Origin: an uncultured Rhodopirellula sp. | GTDB lineage: Bacteria > Planctomycetota > Planctomycetia > Pirellulales > Pirellulaceae | Direction of reading: 5' to 3' | Assembly (NCBI GenBank): GCA_964007735.1 | Contig: CAXGAI010000009.1 | Location: 112,460 to 132,459, forward strand | DNA length: 20,000 nucleotides | Shown here: positions 15,079 through 20,000 of the stretch, piece by piece | Layout: the number at the start of each line of letters is the position of its first letter | Position numbering within the stretch: the stretch's first letter is position 1 | Position numbers and translations under genes: made by a program | Notes under the pieces: generated by a model | The model's database searches: none | Told to the model about the DNA's origin: nothing | The model's input: the letters and a program-made list of their open reading frames with translations, nothing else

Positions 15079-17540
15079 AAACTTTAATCCTAACCATTTT
15101 GATATTCCTAACTGCCCACGGCACAGCGTTGGCAGATCCGCAGGATGATAGATTGATGTTGGAAGGGCTTCAGCAACGCGGACTCTTCTCCCTGATCGAA
15201 TACCAGTGTAAAGTTCGGATTGAATCTCCGAATAGCACTGATCGAACCAAAATGGTGTGGACGGTACATCTAATTAACTCAGTTTCCCAACAGGCACTTC
15301 GGCAATCAGCTGATGAACGAGATAAATTTTGGAGCCATGCTCAACGTCTTGCCGAGAAATACGTGGAGAGCGATCCGGATCATCCATTTGTCTTGCCAAT
15401 AAAGCTACAAGCCGCACTTGCCTTGACGGCCGATGGTGAGTTACTACGACTTGAGTCAATGATCTCCAAGAACGCTGGCGTACAACGTGAGAAGTCTAGA
15501 GAGAAATTACGACTGGCTGCCAGATCGCTCACTAATCTGAATAATCAAATCAACGACTTTCTACCATTAGTTGGCCAGAATGCGACGGAGGATACTCCTT
15601 CACAGACCGAATTGTTATCTCTGCAGCAAAATCTGCAGTACCATCTGGCAAGAGCTTATCGCAATCAGGCGAACACCTACGCAGATGGTACGAACGATCA
15701 AATTGCCTCACTCCAACGAGCGGTGACCGCCCTCAATAAACCTCTCACTCAATTGTCGGACGAAGATCCCCTTGTGACAGCGATCCATCTGGCACTCATC
15801 ACTTGTCAGCGTGAACTCAAGCAATTTGATCTGGCAAAAATGACGGTTGAAAAACTGCGGCGCCTTGCATTGCCGGCCAAAGATCTTATGAAACTCCGGG
15901 CGGAAACTGTGCGGCTGGCGCTGGCTGAACGGGATCTGGAAACTACCCTGGAATTGCTTAACAAGCCTCGCGAATCTAATCGAATTTTAGTTCCCGAATA
16001 CGACCTGGCCTTTCTCGATGCGTTCATTTATTTCTGGGACAAAGCTGCCAAAGAGCAAAACACTAATGGTGCAGAGAACTACCAGCAGCAAGCAGTGCTA
16101 ACCGTTAAACATATCGAACAGACCCATGGTCCTTATTGGGGAAGAGTCGCCGAGTTACAGCTTTTGAAACATGCCGGCATGAACGGTGACAGTACTAATT
16201 TGGTAGTGCTTGAACGCACTGCAGACAGTCTTTACCGTAAGGATAAATTAACCGAAGCCATTGATGCTTACGACGCGACAGCTGAAGCTGCTCAAAACGT
16301 CGGGAACAATGATTTGGCTTTTCGAGTTCTCTATAAAGCAGCACTCATCGAACAGAAACGTAACAATCTCGAGGCATATATAGAACGACTAACAACCACT
16401 GGCGTTCAATTACGTAACCACCCTCAGGCAGCGGCAGTACATATGCTGGGAATTCAGTCTGTCATCGAACTCCTTAATCAAGATGCCTCACGTCAGCAGG
16501 AATTTGAAACACTTTTGACTGAACATCTCACTTATTTTGACTCCGGAAGTACGGTAAATCAGGCTGCTATCTGGCTCGGAACTCTGCAACAACGACGCCA
16601 AAGCTATGACGAGGCGATTGAAAGCTACATGGCCGTCCGTCCTGATTATGAAAAATATACGACCATCATTCAAAACCTTGAAGTCTGCTGGATAGCCAAG
16701 CTCCGACAAGACAAAAGCGAAAACCAACTGAACGATGCAAAGGCCCTAACCGACTATCTGCGTTCATTGATCTTTGACAAAGACGATAACGCGCCTCAAA
16801 AATGGACGGATGTTCAAAGATATGCCGCTACGGCACTTGCCGGAATGCTGGTCACTTATTCCAACGATAACTATAAAGAAGCGGAAGATTTACTCGCATC
16901 AGCAAGTACAGAAAACGCCAGTGAAGAATGGCTAGCCATTGCCAGTTCATTACAGATCGTTTCGCTTGCAGCTCAGGGTAAAGCCACCGCCGCTCGCGAA
17001 CATATTGATAAACTGGGATCCAATAAGCCAAGTCAGTGGATGCAGATGTTAAAACAGCTGCAAACAGTAGGAACCGCGGCTCCCGAGTCTACCCGCATCG
17101 TCATCGCCAAAATCCAAATCGATCTCTTCGAGAAAATGTCGCCAAAATTAGTCGGGGTAAAACCTGATTTCCGAACAGAATGGGATCTCCTTAAAGCACA
17201 AGCCTATATGCAGTCCGGGAACCTGAAGGAAAGCATTGACCGCTATAAAGCATTGTCCCTTAAAAACCCTCGCCACGGTTTAATACAGCTACGCTACGCA
17301 GAAGCTCTGACTCAAAGCAATAACCATTTTGAAGAGGGCTTAGTTCAGTGGCGCCGAGTCCTGCAGGGGAATCCACCCAAGAGCGACCGGTGGTATCAGG
17401 CCAAGTTTAACATCGCGTCGTTATACCTAAGAAATGGCCAATCAGACGAAGCGAAAAAACAAATTCGCTACCTAGAAGTCACTAGCGGTTTTGGCACTTG
17501 GGAAAGACGATTTCAAGCACTCTTAAAGCAGCTAAATTAA
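15075..17540 (+). CDS. Large secreted TPR/alpha-solenoid protein
   Basis: 821 aa. Signal peptide MKTLILTILIFLTAHGTALA-D. Almost entirely amphipathic helices with TPR-like units (e.g. AAIWLGTLQQRRQSYDEAIESYMAV; AKFNIASLYLRNGQSDEAKKQI). ATGA overlap with exbD copy 2. Confidence 0.8.
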   Translation: MKTLILTILIFLTAHGTALADPQDDRLMLEGLQQRGLFSLIEYQCKVRIESPNSTDRTKMVWTVHLINSVSQQALRQSADERDKFWSHAQRLAEKYVESDPDHPFVLPIKLQAALALTADGELLRLESMISKNAGVQREKSREKLRLAARSLTNLNNQINDFLPLVGQNATEDTPSQTELLSLQQNLQYHLARAYRNQANTYADGTNDQIASLQRAVTALNKPLTQLSDEDPLVTAIHLALITCQRELKQFDLAKMTVEKLRRLALPAKDLMKLRAETVRLALAERDLETTLELLNKPRESNRILVPEYDLAFLDAFIYFWDKAAKEQNTNGAENYQQQAVLTVKHIEQTHGPYWGRVAELQLLKHAGMNGDSTNLVVLERTADSLYRKDKLTEAIDAYDATAEAAQNVGNNDLAFRVLYKAALIEQKRNNLEAYIERLTTTGVQLRNHPQAAAVHMLGIQSVIELLNQDASRQQEFETLLTEHLTYFDSGSTVNQAAIWLGTLQQRRQSYDEAIESYMAVRPDYEKYTTIIQNLEVCWIAKLRQDKSENQLNDAKALTDYLRSLIFDKDDNAPQKWTDVQRYAATALAGMLVTYSNDNYKEAEDLLASASTENASEEWLAIASSLQIVSLAAQGKATAAREHIDKLGSNKPSQWMQMLKQLQTVGTAAPESTRIVIAKIQIDLFEKMSPKLVGVKPDFRTEWDLLKAQAYMQSGNLKESIDRYKALSLKNPRHGLIQLRYAEALTQSNNHFEEGLVQWRRVLQGNPPKSDRWYQAKFNIASLYLRNGQSDEAKKQIRYLEVTSGFGTWERRFQALLKQLN

Positions 17541-17546
17541 AGAGAA

Positions 17547-18683
17547 TTAAACCAACGCCAGGTTATCACGATGAATGACTTCATCGTACGGACACTGCCC
17601 CAGAATCTGCTGAAACTCTTCGCTGCGGTGACCACGTATCTTGTGCAGTTCATCAGAATTGTAATTCGTTAGACCACGAGCAAGTTTCTGACCATTTAAA
17701 CTGCACAGCTGAACAACATCACCTTTGTTGAAGTGTCCTTCCAGGCTGGCAATGCCAATCGAGAGCAAACTACTGCCTCCCTGCTGAATAGCTGCGCAGG
17801 CACCATCATCAAGTGTAATCGTACCCTGTGGCTGAGCTGAGAATCGCAGCCACCGTTTCCAGGGTGAAAGCGTCTTACCTTCTGCGACAAAAAGTGTTCC
17901 CAGCATTTCACCAGCTAACACCCGGGAAAGTACATCCTCTTCACGACCATTCGCAATGACAGCATTTTCGCCAGCCAACGTAACCATACGTACCGCGTTG
18001 AGCTTGGAACCCATTCCCCCTGTTCCCAGACCACCTGACGATTCCTGAACATAGCTTGAAATAGTTTCGTCAAACGACGTCACTGTTGAAACAAGTTCTG
18101 AATCCTCTGCGTTCGGACAACCGGTATAAAGCCCATCTACGTCAGATAAAATAATAAGTAGTTGAGCACCTAAGAGATTGGTGACCAGTGCCGCGAGTTG
18201 ATCATTATCACCAAAGGTCGTCTGTAATTCGTCGACAGAAACCGTATCATTTTCATTGACCACAGGAATAACACTGAGTTCGAGCAATTCCAGAAGTGTA
18301 TTACGAACGTTTAGATAACTGACTCGATCGTCCAGTTCGTTAGCGGTTAACAGGACCTGAGCCGCGACACGGCCATGTTCGTTAAACAGCTTTTGATAGG
18401 TCTGCATGAGATCGGTTTGTCCGACAGCGGCAATCGCCTGTAGTGTCGCCACATCGGTTGGTCTGGCTTGCATCCCGAGACGATGCATCCCGGCGCCAAC
18501 AGCACCACTAGTAACAAGCACAATCTGGCGACCACTTTCAGCAACCGCCGTTAACTGTTCAGCCAGAGAGCCAATTCGGTCTAGATCAAGGTTACCTTGC
18601 TGGTCCGTTAAAACGCGCGTACCTACCTTGACGACAATTTTCTCTGCCGTGGCCGTCACTTCCTGACGCAGTAAGTCGCTCAT
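17547..18683 (-). CDS. proB: Glutamate 5-kinase with C-terminal PUA domain
   Basis: IVVKVGT, VTSGAVGAG, AAVGQ, IPVVNENDTV, FGDNDQLAALV, LSDVDGLY, GTGGMGSKL; PUA domain LDDGA..SLL..G.F.KGD.V..ARGLTNY; ends VIHRDNL. Confidence 0.97.
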   Translation of the reverse strand: MSDLLRQEVTATAEKIVVKVGTRVLTDQQGNLDLDRIGSLAEQLTAVAESGRQIVLVTSGAVGAGMHRLGMQARPTDVATLQAIAAVGQTDLMQTYQKLFNEHGRVAAQVLLTANELDDRVSYLNVRNTLLELLELSVIPVVNENDTVSVDELQTTFGDNDQLAALVTNLLGAQLLIILSDVDGLYTGCPNAEDSELVSTVTSFDETISSYVQESSGGLGTGGMGSKLNAVRMVTLAGENAVIANGREEDVLSRVLAGEMLGTLFVAEGKTLSPWKRWLRFSAQPQGTITLDDGACAAIQQGGSSLLSIGIASLEGHFNKGDVVQLCSLNGQKLARGLTNYNSDELHKIRGHRSEEFQQILGQCPYDEVIHRDNLALV

Positions 18684-18707
18684 TAAATTTACCCAACCTG
18701 TTACAGA

Positions 18708-20000
18708 TTACAGCTTTTCGCCATTCCAACGCTGAAATGCTTCGAGGGCTGGAAATTCAGGCAACCCCAAATCATTGAACTTCTTAGCGGTTGCTTTGTT
18801 CCGATCTTCTGCTCGTTCCCAGAATTCACGAGGGTCCGATCCGGGGAAGAGGGCTTCATCCTTTTGGCTTTCGTGCTTAAAGATTGCCGTTCGTTTGGTT
18901 TGCTGATGCCCCGGGCTCAGGGGCACACTCAAATCAATCTCGTGAATTGCGTATTCATGCCAAGCACCACGATAAAGCAAAACGTCCGGAACTTTGATCA
19001 TCCGTTGCTGTAGGAGTTCAATCGCACTAAAGATTGCTTCAGCACAGACCCGATGAGTTCCATGTGGATCGGAGAGGTCACCCGCCACAAAAATCACATC
19101 CGGATCCACCGATTCCAACAGTGACACAATAATCGAGACGTCCACTTCACCGACGGGATTCTTTTTCACGGTACCGGTTCGATAAAACGGTAAATCCAAA
19201 AAGTGAAGATGCTTTTCTTTACAACCGACTACAAATGCTCCTGCCTTAGCTTCACTCCAGCGAATAAGACCTTTGATCTTGAGTACTGCATCGCTGTCAG
19301 CATGACCTGCTTGCTTATTTTTCAGGTCATCCGCGACCCGATGTTCAACGTCGACTGACTTCTCATTCTCGATACCAAACAGATGATTATATTCTGTGAC
19401 CAAGTCCGCAAGACGCTGGGCATCCTCATCGAACACTGCAATATTACCGCTGGTCATATAAGCAATATGTGTCTCATGGCCTTCTTCGTTAAGACGAATC
19501 AACGTCCCACCCATGCTAATCACATCATCATCGGGATGAGGACTAAAGCAGATCACTTTTTGATTTGGCTTCTCCATAACCTGATCACAAATAGTTCCCT
19601 GAACCAAATTGAACACTCGGCGAGCAAGTGTATGAGAAGGGCCATGATGTCTCAGTAACTGGTGTAGATTGTGTGTTCGGAAATCATCGTCGTCCAATTT
19701 CAACAAAGGCTTGTCTGTTTGTTCAGACAACCAGACCATTGCACGAATCACCATGGTCTCATTCCATTCGACTCCACCTAGCGTCCAGGGAGTTTCGATC
19801 GCCTCCAACTGACTAGCCGATGCCGAATCGAGATAAACGTTCGTGTTGCCATGATCCTGAAACAAACTAACAGGCACTTTATTCGTGACCGGGCCTTCCG
19901 CCAGTGCTGTCACGACTCGAGCCTTGTGTTCACCCAATGCCATAACCGCCACTTCACGCGATTCCATAATCGTGCCAAGACCCATCGTAATCGCCTGCGT
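18708..20000 (-). CDS. nagB: Glucosamine-6-phosphate deaminase, long form fused to a PIG-L/LmbE deacetylase-like domain; partial, 5' end lies beyond the window
   Basis: The frame is open to the window edge (TQAITMGLGTIMESREVAVMALGEHKA..EGPVT..VPVSLFQDH..VYLD is the NagB C-terminal part). It continues into the PIG-L-like domain FSPHPDDDVISMGGT..YMTSG..DPHGTH..HESQ. Confidence 0.9.
   Translation of the reverse strand, partial: TQAITMGLGTIMESREVAVMALGEHKARVVTALAEGPVTNKVPVSLFQDHGNTNVYLDSASASQLEAIETPWTLGGVEWNETMVIRAMVWLSEQTDKPLLKLDDDDFRTHNLHQLLRHHGPSHTLARRVFNLVQGTICDQVMEKPNQKVICFSPHPDDDVISMGGTLIRLNEEGHETHIAYMTSGNIAVFDEDAQRLADLVTEYNHLFGIENEKSVDVEHRVADDLKNKQAGHADSDAVLKIKGLIRWSEAKAGAFVVGCKEKHLHFLDLPFYRTGTVKKNPVGEVDVSIIVSLLESVDPDVIFVAGDLSDPHGTHRVCAEAIFSAIELLQQRMIKVPDVLLYRGAWHEYAIHEIDLSVPLSPGHQQTKRTAIFKHESQKDEALFPGSDPREFWERAEDRNKATAKKFNDLGLPEFPALEAFQRWNGEKL

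Noticed and set aside
11156..17540. Calling the operon canonical Tol-Pal, Ton, flagellar MotAB, Zorya or Bat
   Set aside because: There is no TolB, Pal, TonB_C or receptor. The ExbD proteins lack the OmpA-like peptidoglycan-binding domain of MotB/ZorB, and the ExbB lacks the long ZorA tail. There is no MoxR ATPase or DUF58 gene as in Bat loci.
7751..19816. Remaining short ORFs nested in or antisense to the called genes (e.g. 7751..8116, 9554..9874, 13589..13852, 18406..18666, 19383..19658)
   Set aside because: Shadows of well-supported genes with no independent evidence.
1..20000. tRNA, rRNA, riboswitch, CRISPR array, IS or prophage elements
   Set aside because: Intergenic gaps are short (largest under 400 bp), and I recognised no such signature by eye. 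An Infernal or tRNAscan run would be needed to exclude small RNAs formally.

Overview
Gene-dense bacterial window of about 45-50% GC. Gene content and protein style suggest a planctomycete (Pirellulales-like; inference). Left part, catabolic: a minus-strand unit with a secreted sulfatase fused to a serine hydrolase, an Eis-like GNAT acetyltransferase and a partial alpha/beta hydrolase. It is followed by a divergent GH71/GH99-like glycosidase coupled to a D-2-hydroxyacid dehydrogenase, and a Gfo/Idh/MocA oxidoreductase. Housekeeping genes: def-fmt, proB and a long fused nagB (partial). The most notable element is a tightly packed six-gene plus-strand operon (11156-17540) between def and proB. 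It encodes a membrane-anchored vWA protein, a secreted TPR protein, ExbB/TolQ, two ExbD/TolR and a large secreted TPR protein. There is no canonical TonB/TolA and no outer-membrane receptor. However, the vWA protein's membrane anchor carries the S-x3-H-x6-L motif that TonB/TolA use to couple to the motor, so this looks like a proton-motive-force motor whose transducer ends in a MIDAS vWA domain. No RNA genes, CRISPR arrays or mobile elements were recognised.
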